Under the pieces are notes generated by a model that was not told the DNA's origin, ran no database searches, and saw only the letters and a list, made by a program, of their open reading frames with translations. The position numbers were made by a program, and so were the translations under genes. A stretch of DNA of 64,000 bases from Deltaproteobacteria bacterium (GTDB lineage: Bacteria; Desulfobacterota; Binatia; DP-6), in contig VBKJ01000135.1 of the NCBI GenBank assembly GCA_005879795.1, positions 286 to 64,285 on the forward strand. Direction: 5' to 3'. Below, one piece after another: positions 1 through 10,048 of the stretch (its first letter is position 1; each line of letters begins with the position of its first letter).

Positions 1-160
1 GGTCGGTGATGACGAGGTGGTAGCCCGGCTCCGCGAGCCGCCGGAGGGCCTCCTCGCCCGAGAGCACGGCATCGACCTCGTGCCCGCGCGCGCCGAGCAG
101 GCGCTGGATGGCGATGCCGATCGCGCGCTCGTCGTCCACGACCAGGATGCGGCCCCTCAT
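1..160 (-). CDS. Response regulator, N-terminal receiver domain (continues beyond the left edge)
   Basis: Manual translation from ATG at 160: MRGRILVVDDERAIGIAIQRLLGARGHEVDAVLSGEEALRRLAEPGYHLVITD. ATGA overlap with the kinase stop at 157-159. Confidence 0.85.
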   Translation of the reverse strand, partial: MRGRILVVDDERAIGIAIQRLLGARGHEVDAVLSGEEALRRLAEPGYHLVITD

Positions 161-2202
161 GGCGCCTCCGCGAGCGGCAGGGTGACGCGGACGGTCAGAC
201 CCGCGCCCGCCGCGGGGCTGGCGACGATCGTCCCGCCGTGGGCCTCGACCGCATGGCGCGCGATCGCGAGACCGAGGCCCGTCCCGCTCTGCTTGGTGGA
301 GAAGAAGGGCTCGAAGAGGCGCGGCAGCGCGTCGGCGGGGACGCCGGGGCCGTTGTCCGTGACCAAGAGGCTCGCGCCCCCCTCCCCGTTGCGGACGGCG
401 ACCGTGACCCGTCGCGGCGAGGGGGACGTCGCCAGCGCATCGCGCGCGTTCTCGAGCAGGTTGACGAGCACCTCGCGGAGCTTGTCCCGGTCGGCGCGCG
501 CGACCACGCCGGGCGGCGCCTCCAGGGCGGCGGCGATCCCGGCGGCCTCGAGCCGGGGGCGGAGCGCGCCGAGCGTGGCGCGGGCCAGCTCGCCCAGATC
601 GACCGGCTCGAGGCGGAGCTCGTCGCGGCGCGCGAAGCGGAGCAGCTGCCCCATCTGCCGCTCGACGCGCTCGAGCTCCTCGAGGATGAGGCGGTGCTCG
701 GCGACCCACGGTAGCCCGGGCTCCCGCGCGAGCTGCTGCGCCAGGCTGCGCGCGGCGGCGACGGGGTTGCGGATCTCGTGCGCGATGCGCGCCGCCAGCT
801 CGCCGATGGCGGCGAGCTTCTCGGCGTGGGCGAGCGCGCGCTCCACCGCGACCGTGCGCGCGAGCAGGTCCGCGCCGTCGAGCAGGAGGGCGAGCTGCGC
901 CACGAAGGCGCAGAACCCCTCCACGTCCTCCTCGTGGAAGAGGCCGCCGAGCATGCCGGTGTTCATGAAGAGCCACCCCCAGCGGCGGCGCGGGCTCAGG
1001 ATCGGCGCGGCGCCCAGCGTGACGTGGGCCCGCACGAGCGCCTCGCGCAGGGCGAGCGGGAGCGCGCGCAGCTCGATGCTGCCGAAGCTGCGCGCGGGGA
1101 GCGCGTCGGCGGCGGCGCCGCGCGGCCAGACGCGGACCAGCGGCGCCAGCTCGAAATCGCCGTGGGCGATCGCTTCGCCGTCGTCCAGGATGATGGCGGT
1201 ACCGGCCACGCGCCGCACGCGCACCAGCTCGGCGAGCGCACGCCGGCAGCACTCGCGCGTCCCGAGCTCGGGCGACAGCGTGTGGAGGAAGCTCTGGAGC
1301 GCCGCCTGCTGCTGGCGGCTGCGGTGCAGGACGAGGCGGTTGGTCGCGGCCCGCAGCCAGGCCTGCCCCGGCATGAACACCAGGGCGAGGGCCAGGGCGG
1401 CCGCGCAGTGAAGGAGGGGCAGGTCACGCGCGTCGAGGTGCGCCGCGAGCGCCGTGTGCGCGACGAGCACGCCGCCGGCCGCCGCGAGCAGCGTGGCCGT
1501 GACGAGCACGTCGGGGATGACGACGCCGAGCAGGCGCAGCGCGACGGGCGCCGCGATGGCGAGCGCGATGCCCGCGTCGAGCAGGACGAGCCCGAACGGC
1601 ATCTGGCCCGCCGCCGCCAGCGCGAGGAACGCCGCCACCGTGCCGAGGAGGCCCCACCCGACCAGCGCGACGTCGGGCTGGCGCATCTCGATCGCACCCT
1701 CGGGCCCCCAGGCGCCCGGCCGCGCGGTTCTCCATCCCTCCCACAGGCAGAGCAGGCCGAGCGGGAGCGCGCAGAACCGGGCGAGCGTTTCGGTAGGGGA
1801 AACGGCCGGCTCCGGGAGCGCGTGCGCGAGCGTGAGCGCGAGGCCTGCGCTCGCCGCAAAGCCGTAATTGGCGGCGAGCCAGGCCCGCCCCGGCGGACGC
1901 TCCGGGACCGGCATGAGCCGGATGGCATGCCGGCCGAGCGCGAGGCTCCCGACCAGGGAGAGATCGCGCGCCAGCCCGAGGCCGAGGGCGAGGGTGGACG
2001 GGCCGCCGGCGGGAAGGAGCGCCACCGCCACGTGGCTCGCGAGGTGGAGCGCGATGGCGCTGGTCGCGAGCCGAAAGACGTCGAACGTGGGGCTGTGCGG
2101 CCGCCCCGTTCGGAGATAGGCCCACAGCTGGCGCGCGATGATCGCCCACACCAGCGCGGGCACGAGATAGAGGGTCGCGGGGAGGAGCCCCGACGCCGTC
2201 AC
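157..2202 (-). CDS. Membrane sensor histidine kinase (multi-TM N-terminus, GAF-like region, HisKA, HATPase)
   Basis: H-box AHEIRNPV, N-box LVNLLENA, DNGPG, FEPFFSTK and GTGLGL motifs; long hydrophobic N-terminus. Confidence 0.92.
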   Translation of the reverse strand: MTASGLLPATLYLVPALVWAIIARQLWAYLRTGRPHSPTFDVFRLATSAIALHLASHVAVALLPAGGPSTLALGLGLARDLSLVGSLALGRHAIRLMPVPERPPGRAWLAANYGFAASAGLALTLAHALPEPAVSPTETLARFCALPLGLLCLWEGWRTARPGAWGPEGAIEMRQPDVALVGWGLLGTVAAFLALAAAGQMPFGLVLLDAGIALAIAAPVALRLLGVVIPDVLVTATLLAAAGGVLVAHTALAAHLDARDLPLLHCAAALALALVFMPGQAWLRAATNRLVLHRSRQQQAALQSFLHTLSPELGTRECCRRALAELVRVRRVAGTAIILDDGEAIAHGDFELAPLVRVWPRGAAADALPARSFGSIELRALPLALREALVRAHVTLGAAPILSPRRRWGWLFMNTGMLGGLFHEEDVEGFCAFVAQLALLLDGADLLARTVAVERALAHAEKLAAIGELAARIAHEIRNPVAAARSLAQQLAREPGLPWVAEHRLILEELERVERQMGQLLRFARRDELRLEPVDLGELARATLGALRPRLEAAGIAAALEAPPGVVARADRDKLREVLVNLLENARDALATSPSPRRVTVAVRNGEGGASLLVTDNGPGVPADALPRLFEPFFSTKQSGTGLGLAIARHAVEAHGGTIVASPAAGAGLTVRVTLPLAEAP

Positions 2203-4289
2203 CGGGCGCCCTCCTCGGCGAGCGGCAGCTCGACGCTCACGACGAGCCCGCGCTCGCCCCCCGCGCGCACCGCGATCCGGCCTCCGTGGGCCTCGACCGT
2301 GCGCCGCGCGATCGCGAGCCCGAGGCCGGTGCCGCTCGGCTTCGTCGAGAAGAACGGCTCGAAGAGATGCGGCAGCGCGTCCGCCGGCACGCCCGGGCCG
2401 CTGTCGCGCACCTCGAGCGCGGCGGCGCCGTGCCCGTTGGCGACCGCGACCGAGAGCGTGCGGGGCCCGCCCGCCTCGGCGGTCATGGCGTCGAGCGCGT
2501 TCTCCAGCAGGTTGACCAGCACCTGGCGGAGCTTCTCGCGGTCGGCGCGCGCGGTGACGCCGTCCGCCAGCTCCAGCTCGAGCGCTACGCCGCTCCCCTC
2601 GAGGCGGGGGCGGAACGCCTCCAGCGTCGCCCGGGCCAGCTCGCCCAGATCGACCGCCTCGAGGCGGAGGTCCTCGCGGCGCGCGAAGCGGAGGAGCGCG
2701 GCGACCTGCCGCTCGACGCGCTCGAGCTCGCCCAGGATGAGGCGGTGCTCGGTGGCGAAGGGGGAGGCGGGCTCACGCGCGAGCTGCTGGGCGAGGCTCC
2801 GGGCGGCGGTCACGGGGTTGCGGATCTCGTGCGCGATGCGCGCCGCCAGCTCGCCGATCGCCGCGAGCTTCTCGGCGTGGGCGAGCGACCGCTCGACCGC
2901 GACGGTGCGCGCGAGCAGCTCGGCCGCGTCGAGCACCAGGCCGAGCTGATCGGCGACCGCGTCGATCGCCTGGTCGTCCTCGTCGCTGAAGCTGGCGCGC
3001 AGCAGATCGGTGCGGACCAGCACGTGGCCCCAGAGACGGCGCGGGCTCGCCACCGGGACGATCGCAATCACGTTCGCCTCGAAGAGTGCCTCGAGGAGCG
3101 GCAGGGGCAGGTCGCGAAAGCGGCTCTTCCCGATCGCGTGCTGTGGGAGCGCGTCCGCCCAGCGCCGCCACGCCGCCGCGAGCGGCTCGAGCGCTAAGGC
3201 GCCGTGGGTGACGGCTTCGCCGCTCGGGAGCAGGAAGGCGGCTCCCCGGAGCTGCAGGGCCCGCGCCACCTCCGCCAGCGTCCGCCGGCAGCACTCGAGC
3301 ACGCCCAGCTCGGGCGAGAGCGTGCGCAGGAAGGAATGGACCTCCGGCCAGCGCTGCCGGCGGCGGCGGAAGACGAGGCGGTCGATCGCGGCGCGCAGCC
3401 ACCCCTGCAGGGGCACGAGGACGAGGACCACGCCGAGGACGGCGCCCAAGTCGAGCAGGCGGCGGAGCTCCGCGTCCGCGACCCGCGCGCCGAGCGCGTG
3501 CACGCCGAGGACGAGCCCGGCCGTGGCGGCGATCATGGCGGCGGTGGTGACGAAGCCGCGCAGCGTGTCGGCGAGGTCGCGCACCACGAACGGCACCGCG
3601 ATCAGGAGGCCGGTGCCCGCGTGCAGCAGCACGTTGGCGGCGACGGCCGGCGAGGCGCTGCCCTCGCCGGCGAGCAGCCGCCCGGTCGCTCCCGCGAGCC
3701 GGTCGACGGCGAGCGTGGCCGCCAGGGCCGCGAATCCGAGGCCGAGCGCGATCACATCGGCGGAGCTGTACTCGTCCAACCGCCCCGGCTGCCACGCGCC
3801 GCAACGCGCGAGCCGCCGGACGTCCCACACCGTGAGCGCCCCCATCGCGAACAGGTAGGCCGCGAAGGCAACGAACGCGGTGCCCCCCGGAAGCGCGACC
3901 GTGTCGAGGTCGGCGAGCACGAACACGCTCCCGGCCACCGCCGCCGCTCCGTAGTTGACGGCAAGCCAGGCAGGCCGCGGCGAGTCGGCTCGCACCGGCC
4001 AGGCTCGGGCGAAGTGTCGGCCCACCGCGAGCAGCGCGGCGGCACCGAGGTCGCTCGCCGCGAGGAGGAGGACGCGCGTGGAGCGGCTCGGCGCGAGGAC
4101 GAGCAGCGTCCAGAGGACGTAGTGGAGGGCGAAGAGGGAGCCCAGGCTGAACAGGATGACGAAGACGCGGCTCCCGGGCCGGCGCTTGTGGAGGAAGCCC
4201 CAGATGTCACGCGCGAACACCGCCCACAGCAGCGCCGGGACGAAGAGCACGGCGGCGGCGAGGAGGCGGAAGGTGGGCGGATCGCTCAT
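2199..4289 (-). CDS. Membrane sensor histidine kinase, tandem paralog of 157..2202
   Basis: Same architecture and motifs (AHEIRNPV, DSGPG, GTGLGL). Start refined to MSDPPTF at 4289. Confidence 0.92.
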   Translation of the reverse strand: MSDPPTFRLLAAAVLFVPALLWAVFARDIWGFLHKRRPGSRVFVILFSLGSLFALHYVLWTLLVLAPSRSTRVLLLAASDLGAAALLAVGRHFARAWPVRADSPRPAWLAVNYGAAAVAGSVFVLADLDTVALPGGTAFVAFAAYLFAMGALTVWDVRRLARCGAWQPGRLDEYSSADVIALGLGFAALAATLAVDRLAGATGRLLAGEGSASPAVAANVLLHAGTGLLIAVPFVVRDLADTLRGFVTTAAMIAATAGLVLGVHALGARVADAELRRLLDLGAVLGVVLVLVPLQGWLRAAIDRLVFRRRRQRWPEVHSFLRTLSPELGVLECCRRTLAEVARALQLRGAAFLLPSGEAVTHGALALEPLAAAWRRWADALPQHAIGKSRFRDLPLPLLEALFEANVIAIVPVASPRRLWGHVLVRTDLLRASFSDEDDQAIDAVADQLGLVLDAAELLARTVAVERSLAHAEKLAAIGELAARIAHEIRNPVTAARSLAQQLAREPASPFATEHRLILGELERVERQVAALLRFARREDLRLEAVDLGELARATLEAFRPRLEGSGVALELELADGVTARADREKLRQVLVNLLENALDAMTAEAGGPRTLSVAVANGHGAAALEVRDSGPGVPADALPHLFEPFFSTKPSGTGLGLAIARRTVEAHGGRIAVRAGGERGLVVSVELPLAEEGAR

Positions 4290-4594
4290 GGCGACGACCT
4301 GCGTCCTACGGCAAGTCCGGTGCCAGAGGACGCCCGCTCGGCACCCGCCGCCGGGCGCGGCTCCCGAGCCGACCCCTCGCACGACTGCCTAACGGCATAT
4401 GCATCGAGCCGCCCAACCGCTTATACACCACCGGCCTCCCCCGGGGGGACCAGGGCGGCGCCCTGCGCGCCATGCGCCTCGTGCAGCACCGGATCTGCGG
4501 GCCTGCGCGGGGAGCGCGGAAATTCCGACGCATACCAGCCGATCCGCCCCTGGCACGGTCCGTGAAGGTCGCGACGGACACGAGAGGAGGGCTC

Positions 4595-5563
4595 ATGGAA
4601 GGGACCATCACGCTCGGACCGGGCTGGGCGCTGCCGGAGGAGGAGCGGATCGCCGCCACCTACCAGCACCTGCTCCGGCGGCTCAGTCACCAGTCGGTGG
4701 TGAAGCACTTCGACGCCTACGCCGACATCGACTGGGACGCCGACGAGCACCGCATCGACCCCGAGGATCCGCGCTGGGAGCTCGGCTCTGACGACGTCCT
4801 GGGCGCGACGGCGTGGTACCGGGCGCAGCCGCAGGCGACGCGGGCGCGCCTCGGGCTCCACCTGGTCGCCACCAAGATGAAGATCGGGACGCAGTTCGAG
4901 AACGTGCTCCAGCGTGGCCTCCTCGAGTTCGCCTGGACGCTGCCGAACGGCGCGCCGGAGTTCCGCTACGTCTACCACGAGGTGATCGAGGAGGGGCAGC
5001 ACTCGCTCATGTTCCAGGAGTTCGTGAACCGGACGGGCTTCGACGTGCCCGGGCTCGGCTTCTGGGACCGCCTCGGGGCGCGGCGGGTGATCGCCGCCGC
5101 GCGGCGCTTCCCCGCGCTCTTCTTCGTCTTCGTGCTGGGCGGCGAGGATCCGATCGACCACGTGCAGCGGACGGCGCTGCGCAGCGGACAGCCGATCCAT
5201 CCCCTCCTCCGGCGCATCATGCAGATCCACGTGACCGAGGAGGCGCGCCACCTCTGCTTCGCGCGCCACTATCTCCGCGCCGCGGTGCCGCGCCTGGGAG
5301 CAGCCGCGCGGGCACGCCTCGCCCTCCAGGCGCCGCTCGTCCTCGGCCAGATGGCGCAGGCGATGCTACGCCCGTCGGCGGACGTGGTGCGCACCCACGG
5401 CATCCCCGTCGACGTGATCGCCGAGGCGTACACGCGAAACCCGCGCCACCGGGAGAACACGCTCGCGGCGCTCGCGAAGCTCCGTGATCTGTGCTGCGAA
5501 GTGGGCATCGTCACACCGTGGTCCGTGCGGCTCTGGCGCGCGGCCGGCATCTGGGCGGACTAG
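4595..5563 (+). CDS. AurF-like ferritin-fold diiron oxygenase
   Basis: Diiron ligand motifs EVIEEGQH, GEDPID, HVTEEARH. AGGAGG Shine-Dalgarno just before ATG 4595. Confidence 0.85.
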   Translation: MEGTITLGPGWALPEEERIAATYQHLLRRLSHQSVVKHFDAYADIDWDADEHRIDPEDPRWELGSDDVLGATAWYRAQPQATRARLGLHLVATKMKIGTQFENVLQRGLLEFAWTLPNGAPEFRYVYHEVIEEGQHSLMFQEFVNRTGFDVPGLGFWDRLGARRVIAAARRFPALFFVFVLGGEDPIDHVQRTALRSGQPIHPLLRRIMQIHVTEEARHLCFARHYLRAAVPRLGAAARARLALQAPLVLGQMAQAMLRPSADVVRTHGIPVDVIAEAYTRNPRHRENTLAALAKLRDLCCEVGIVTPWSVRLWRAAGIWAD

Positions 5564-5567
5564 CGCG

Positions 5568-6980
5568 ATGGCGACCCCGGCCGCCGCGCTCGAGCTGGAG
5601 CGCGCCCAGCCGGGCGCCCTGCCGCCCGGCCCGCGCCTGCCGGCCCTCGTCCAGTTCCTGCACCTGGGCTTCCGCCCGATCGCGTTCCTCGAGGAGTGCG
5701 CCCGGCGTTACGGCACGCCGTTCACGCTCCGGGTTCCCGCGCGGCCGCCGCTGGCGATGTTCAGCGACCCCGAGGCGATCCGGGAGATCTTCACCGGGGA
5801 TCCCGAGACGCTGCGCGCGGGCGAGGCGAACAACCTGCTCGAGCCCATGCTCGGGCAGCACTCGCTCCTCCTGCTCGATGGTCCGCGCCACCTCCGCCAG
5901 CGCCGCCTCATGCTGCCGCCGTTCCACGGCGAGCGCATGCAGGCCTACGGGCGCGTCATGCGTGAGATCGCCGACCGCTCGATCGACGCCTGGCCCGTCG
6001 GCCGGCCCTTCCCGATCCACGACCGGATGCAGGCGATCACGCTCGACGTGATCCTGCGCACCGTCTTCGGGCTCGACGAGGGCGCGCTGCTCGACCGCCT
6101 GCGCGAGCGCCTCCGCCGCCTGATGGCCTTCGTCTCCGGGACCGTCGGCGTGCTCCTGCTCATCCCGTGGCTCCAGCGCGACCTGGGTCCCTTCACGCCG
6201 GGCGGCCGCTTCGTCCGCCTCGCGCGCGAGATCGACGACCTCCTGTTCGCGGAGATCGCGCGTCGCCGGGCGGAGGGCGCGGCGGGACGCGAGGACATCC
6301 TCTCCATGCTGATTGCGGCGCGCGACGAGGACGGCAAGCCGATGAGCGACCGGGAGCTGCGCGACGAGATGATCACGCTGCTGCTCGCCGGTCACGAGAC
6401 GACGGCCACCTCGCTCGCGTGGGCCTTCCATCGCCTGCTCGGGCGGTCGGACGTGCTCTCGAAGCTGCGCGCCGAGCTGCGCGGGGTCGCCGATGATGGG
6501 CCCGCCCTGCCCGAGCACGTCGGCCGGCTCGAGTACCTCGACGCGGTCGTCAAGGAGACGGCCCGCCTGAGCCCCGTGATCCCCCAGGTCAGCCGCCGCC
6601 TGCAGGTGCCGATGCGCATCGGCGGCTGCGACCTGCCCGCGGGGATGGTCGCGTCGCCCTGCATCTACCTGACCCACCGCCGGCCCGATCTGTGGCCCGA
6701 TCCCGCGCGCTTCGACCCCGAGCGGTTCATCGGCGTCCGCCCGAACCCGTACGCGTTCTTCCCCTTCGGGGGCGGCGTGCGCCGCTGCATCGGGGCGGCG
6801 TTCGCGACCTACGAGATGAAGATCGTGCTGGCGGAGGTCCTGTCGCGCGTCGAGCTCCGCGCCGCGCCGGGCCACACCGTCCGCACCGTGCGCCGCACCG
6901 TCACCCTCGCGCCGTCGGGCGGGATGCCGGTGGTGGTGGATCGCGTGGCGCCGGCCCGGGCGCAGACGCAACCAGGATAG
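5568..6980 (+). CDS. Cytochrome P450
   Basis: I-helix AGHETT, ETAR (ExxR), FDPERF, heme motif FGGGVRRCIG. Start refined to 5568. Confidence 0.95.
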   Translation: MATPAAALELERAQPGALPPGPRLPALVQFLHLGFRPIAFLEECARRYGTPFTLRVPARPPLAMFSDPEAIREIFTGDPETLRAGEANNLLEPMLGQHSLLLLDGPRHLRQRRLMLPPFHGERMQAYGRVMREIADRSIDAWPVGRPFPIHDRMQAITLDVILRTVFGLDEGALLDRLRERLRRLMAFVSGTVGVLLLIPWLQRDLGPFTPGGRFVRLAREIDDLLFAEIARRRAEGAAGREDILSMLIAARDEDGKPMSDRELRDEMITLLLAGHETTATSLAWAFHRLLGRSDVLSKLRAELRGVADDGPALPEHVGRLEYLDAVVKETARLSPVIPQVSRRLQVPMRIGGCDLPAGMVASPCIYLTHRRPDLWPDPARFDPERFIGVRPNPYAFFPFGGGVRRCIGAAFATYEMKIVLAEVLSRVELRAAPGHTVRTVRRTVTLAPSGGMPVVVDRVAPARAQTQPG

Positions 6981-7111
6981 CCACACTCGCTGCCGCCCAT
7001 GCGCACGGTCCTTTCGTACCTGGATCCGGACCGGTGAAGGAATCGGCGAGCCGCCGAGCCTAGCAGGCCCGGGGGAAAGGTCATGAAAACCAACAGTCCG
7101 AAGGAGATGTA

Positions 7112-8014
7112 ATGCGGCTCAGCGGGACGCGTGTGCTACTAACGGGAGCCTCGACGGGGATCGGGCGTCAGCTGGGGCGCGCGTTGGCCCAGCGAGGAGC
7201 GGTGCTGGCCGTGGCGGCGCGCCGGCGCGCGTTGCTCGACGAACTTGCAGCCGATATCGCCGCGGTCGGGGGTCACGAGCCGGTCCGGCTCGGCGTCGAC
7301 CTCGCGCGCCGCGGGTCGGCGGCCGAACTAGCGGCCGCGGCGCGGACTGAGCTCGGGCGAGTCGAGGTCTTGATCAACAACGCCGGCTCGAACTTGCACG
7401 GCTGTCCGAGCGCGGTCGGGGATCGAGACGAGGCTCGCGAGCTTTTCGAGCTCAATTTCTGGAGCCCGCTCGCACTGATACGCGAGATCGTGCCCGAGAT
7501 GCGCCAGCGAGGCGCGGGAATGGTCGTCAACGTCACCTCGCTGGCGGTCGTCGCGCCGTTCCCAGCGGTCGGCCACTACTGCTCCTCAAAAGCCGCGCTG
7601 AGCCTCGCAACGGAGTCGCTGCGCCTTGAGCTGCGCGGCACGGGCGTGGACGTTCTCGAGGTGCTCCTCGGCCCGATCGAGACCAACGGTTCGAGGGAAA
7701 ACCGGATGATCGAGGGCGCCGAGAAGTGGCTCGACTCGGCCAAGGCCGGCAGGCCCGAGAAGGCGGCGATTGCGATCGCGCGGGCCATCGAAAGGGGGCG
7801 CCGGCGGCTGATCTACCCCCGGCGGATGAGCCCCTCCTATCACTTGCCGCTGCTTGGTCGTCTCTACGCCAGCACGGTCGCCCGGGGCTTTGAGCCCGAG
7901 CGCGTCGTGGTACGTCGGACCGGCTGGCGAGCAGAGGACGCCGGCGCCGCGACGGATCTCGCTGCGGGTCCAGCCGTCGGCGCTGCGGTTGCGAGCGCCA
8001 GAGGGAGTTCTTAG
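7112..8014 (+). CDS. SDR family oxidoreductase
   Basis: TGASTGIG, NNAG, YCSSK. AAGGAG Shine-Dalgarno. Confidence 0.9.
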   Translation: MRLSGTRVLLTGASTGIGRQLGRALAQRGAVLAVAARRRALLDELAADIAAVGGHEPVRLGVDLARRGSAAELAAAARTELGRVEVLINNAGSNLHGCPSAVGDRDEARELFELNFWSPLALIREIVPEMRQRGAGMVVNVTSLAVVAPFPAVGHYCSSKAALSLATESLRLELRGTGVDVLEVLLGPIETNGSRENRMIEGAEKWLDSAKAGRPEKAAIAIARAIERGRRRLIYPRRMSPSYHLPLLGRLYASTVARGFEPERVVVRRTGWRAEDAGAATDLAAGPAVGAAVASARGSS

Positions 8015-8667
8015 AGAAGTGCCGCCACGTCGAGGGCTCTCGCGGCATCCGCTGGCGCCGGGCCGTGGCCGAGGACGCCGAGGCACCGGAGCCCCGTGAG
8101 CGCCGCGATCGTCTCGGCGTTCGTCGCGGCCGACGCGTCCGTCTCGGCCGCCGGCTGCGAGAGCACGAAGCCGCGCACGACGAGCGCCGCCGTCGCCGCG
8201 ACGCGCGCCGTGAGCGCGCAGTGGTTCACGGTGCCGAGGCGGTTGGCGCCGACGATCAGGAGCGGCAGCCCGGCCCGCGCCGCCAGCTCGGCCCAGGTCG
8301 TGCGCGCGTCGAGCGGGACGAGGAGCCCCCCGGCGCCCTCGACCAGGAGCACGTCGGCGTCTTGGCGGCGCCGCGCGACCAGCGTGAGCAGCCGCGCCAC
8401 GTCGATGGTCACGCCTTCCAGCCGGGCCGCGACGGCGGGCGCGAGCGGTGCGCGTAGGCGGTACGGGCAGATGTCGCCGAGCGGCGCGGGGTCGGCGGCT
8501 GCGGCGCGGAGCGCGAGGGCGTCGGCGGGTTCGCCCTCGACGCCGGTCTCGACCGGCTTCATCACCGCGACGCGCCGGCCGCGCTGGCGGAGCGCGGTCG
8601 CGAGCGCGCAGGCGACGAAGGTCTTGCCGACGCCCGTGTCGGTGCCGGTGATGAGGAGGGCGCTCAC
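8011..8667 (-). CDS. bioD: Dethiobiotin synthase
   Basis: ITGTDTGVGKT P-loop, MKPVETG, VEGAGG, LGTVNH; operon with bioA and bioF. Confidence 0.95.
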   Translation of the reverse strand: MSALLITGTDTGVGKTFVACALATALRQRGRRVAVMKPVETGVEGEPADALALRAAAADPAPLGDICPYRLRAPLAPAVAARLEGVTIDVARLLTLVARRRQDADVLLVEGAGGLLVPLDARTTWAELAARAGLPLLIVGANRLGTVNHCALTARVAATAALVVRGFVLSQPAAETDASAATNAETIAALTGLRCLGVLGHGPAPADAARALDVAALL

Positions 8668-8692
8668 CCGCGCGTCGCCTCCCGAGGGCGCG

Positions 8693-10048
8693 TCACGCGC
8701 CCGTGACCTCTTCGATCGCCTCGCGCGCCACGTCGACCAGCAGTTCCAGCTCGGCGGGCGCGATCGCGAGCGGGGGCATGAGGACGATCACGTTGCCGAG
8801 GGGGCGGAGGAGCACGCCGCGGGCGCGCGCCGCGCGCACCACGCACTGGCCGATGCGCGCGGCGGGCGGGTAGGGGACACGTCCCGCGCGCTCGGCGACC
8901 AGCTCGATGCCGACCATGACGCCCTGCTGGCGCACGTCGCCCACGTGCGCCAGCGGCGCGATGTCGGCCGCGAGCCGTTCGCGGAGCCGCGCGATCTTGG
9001 GGCCCAGGCGCTCGAGGGTGCGCTCTTCATGGAAGAGCCGCAGGCTCGCGAGGGCGACGGCGCAGCCGAGCGGGTTCCCGGTGTAGGTGTGGCCATGGAA
9101 GAAGGCGCGGAACTCCTCGTAGGGGCCGAGGAAGGCCGCGAACACCTCCTCGGTCGCGAGCGTCGCTGCCAGCGGCAGGTAGCCGCCGCTGATGCCCTTC
9201 GCCAGGCACATCAGGTCGGGCGTGATGCCGGCATGCTCGCAGGCGAACATCCGTCCCGTGCGCCCGAAGCCGGTCGCCACCTCGTCGGCAATGAGGAGCG
9301 TGCCGTGGCGGTGGGCGAGCTCGTGAAGCGTCTTCAGATACGCCGGCGGGTGGACCCACATCCCCGCCGCGCCCTGCACCAGCGGTTCGACGACGACGCC
9401 GGCGAGGATCGGGCCGTGTGCGGCGAGCGTCCGCTCGGCCTCGTCGAGCGCGGCGGCGAGCGCCGCCTCCGTGTCCAAGCCGCGCTGCCAGCGAAAGACG
9501 TGCGGCGGCGTGAGCCGCACCGCGGGCGCGACGGCGCCGGCCACGAAGCGATGGAACGTCTCCGAGTAGCCGACGCCGACGGCGCCGAGCGTGTCGCCGT
9601 GGTAGGCCTCGACCAGGGAGGCGAAGCGCGTGCGTCCGCGCTCGCCGCGCAGCTGGTGGTACTGGAGTGCCAGGCGGAGCGCCGCCTCGACCGCGGTGGC
9701 GCCCGCGTCCGAGTAGAAGACGCGGGCGAGCCCGGGCGGCGCGACCTCGATCAGCGCGCGGGCGAGCTCGATCGAGGGCACGTTGGCGAGCCCGAGCAGC
9801 GTCGAGTGCGCGACGCGCGCGAGCTGGTCGCGGAGCGCTGCATCGAGCGCCGGGTGCCGGTGACCGTGCACGTTGCACCAGAGCGAGGAGACGCCGTCCA
9901 GGTAGCGCTGCCCGCGCGTGTCGACGAGCGTACAGCCCTCGGCCTCGGCGATCACCAGCGGCTCCTCGGCGAGCCAGTCCGCCATCTGCGTGAAGGGGTG
10001 CCAGAGGTAGCGCCGGTCCCAGGCGGCGAGCGTCGAGCCGTCGGTCAT
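8693..10048 (-). CDS. bioA: Adenosylmethionine-8-amino-7-oxononanoate transaminase
   Basis: WHPFTQM, DGVSSLWCNVHGH, YHGDT, ADEVATGFGRTG, PLP lysine in AKGISGG. Start refined to 10048 (ATGA overlap with bioF). Confidence 0.95.
   Translation of the reverse strand: MTDGSTLAAWDRRYLWHPFTQMADWLAEEPLVIAEAEGCTLVDTRGQRYLDGVSSLWCNVHGHRHPALDAALRDQLARVAHSTLLGLANVPSIELARALIEVAPPGLARVFYSDAGATAVEAALRLALQYHQLRGERGRTRFASLVEAYHGDTLGAVGVGYSETFHRFVAGAVAPAVRLTPPHVFRWQRGLDTEAALAAALDEAERTLAAHGPILAGVVVEPLVQGAAGMWVHPPAYLKTLHELAHRHGTLLIADEVATGFGRTGRMFACEHAGITPDLMCLAKGISGGYLPLAATLATEEVFAAFLGPYEEFRAFFHGHTYTGNPLGCAVALASLRLFHEERTLERLGPKIARLRERLAADIAPLAHVGDVRQQGVMVGIELVAERAGRVPYPPAARIGQCVVRAARARGVLLRPLGNVIVLMPPLAIAPAELELLVDVAREAIEEVTGA

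Noticed and set aside
4551-4567. TGGCAC upstream of the AurF-like gene as a sigma54 promoter
   Set aside because: The -12 position reads GA, not GC.
5568-6980. P450 as BioI supplying pimelate to the bio operon
   Set aside because: Opposite strand, coupled to the AurF-like gene, and the sequence does not look like the CYP107-type BioI; proximity alone is not enough.
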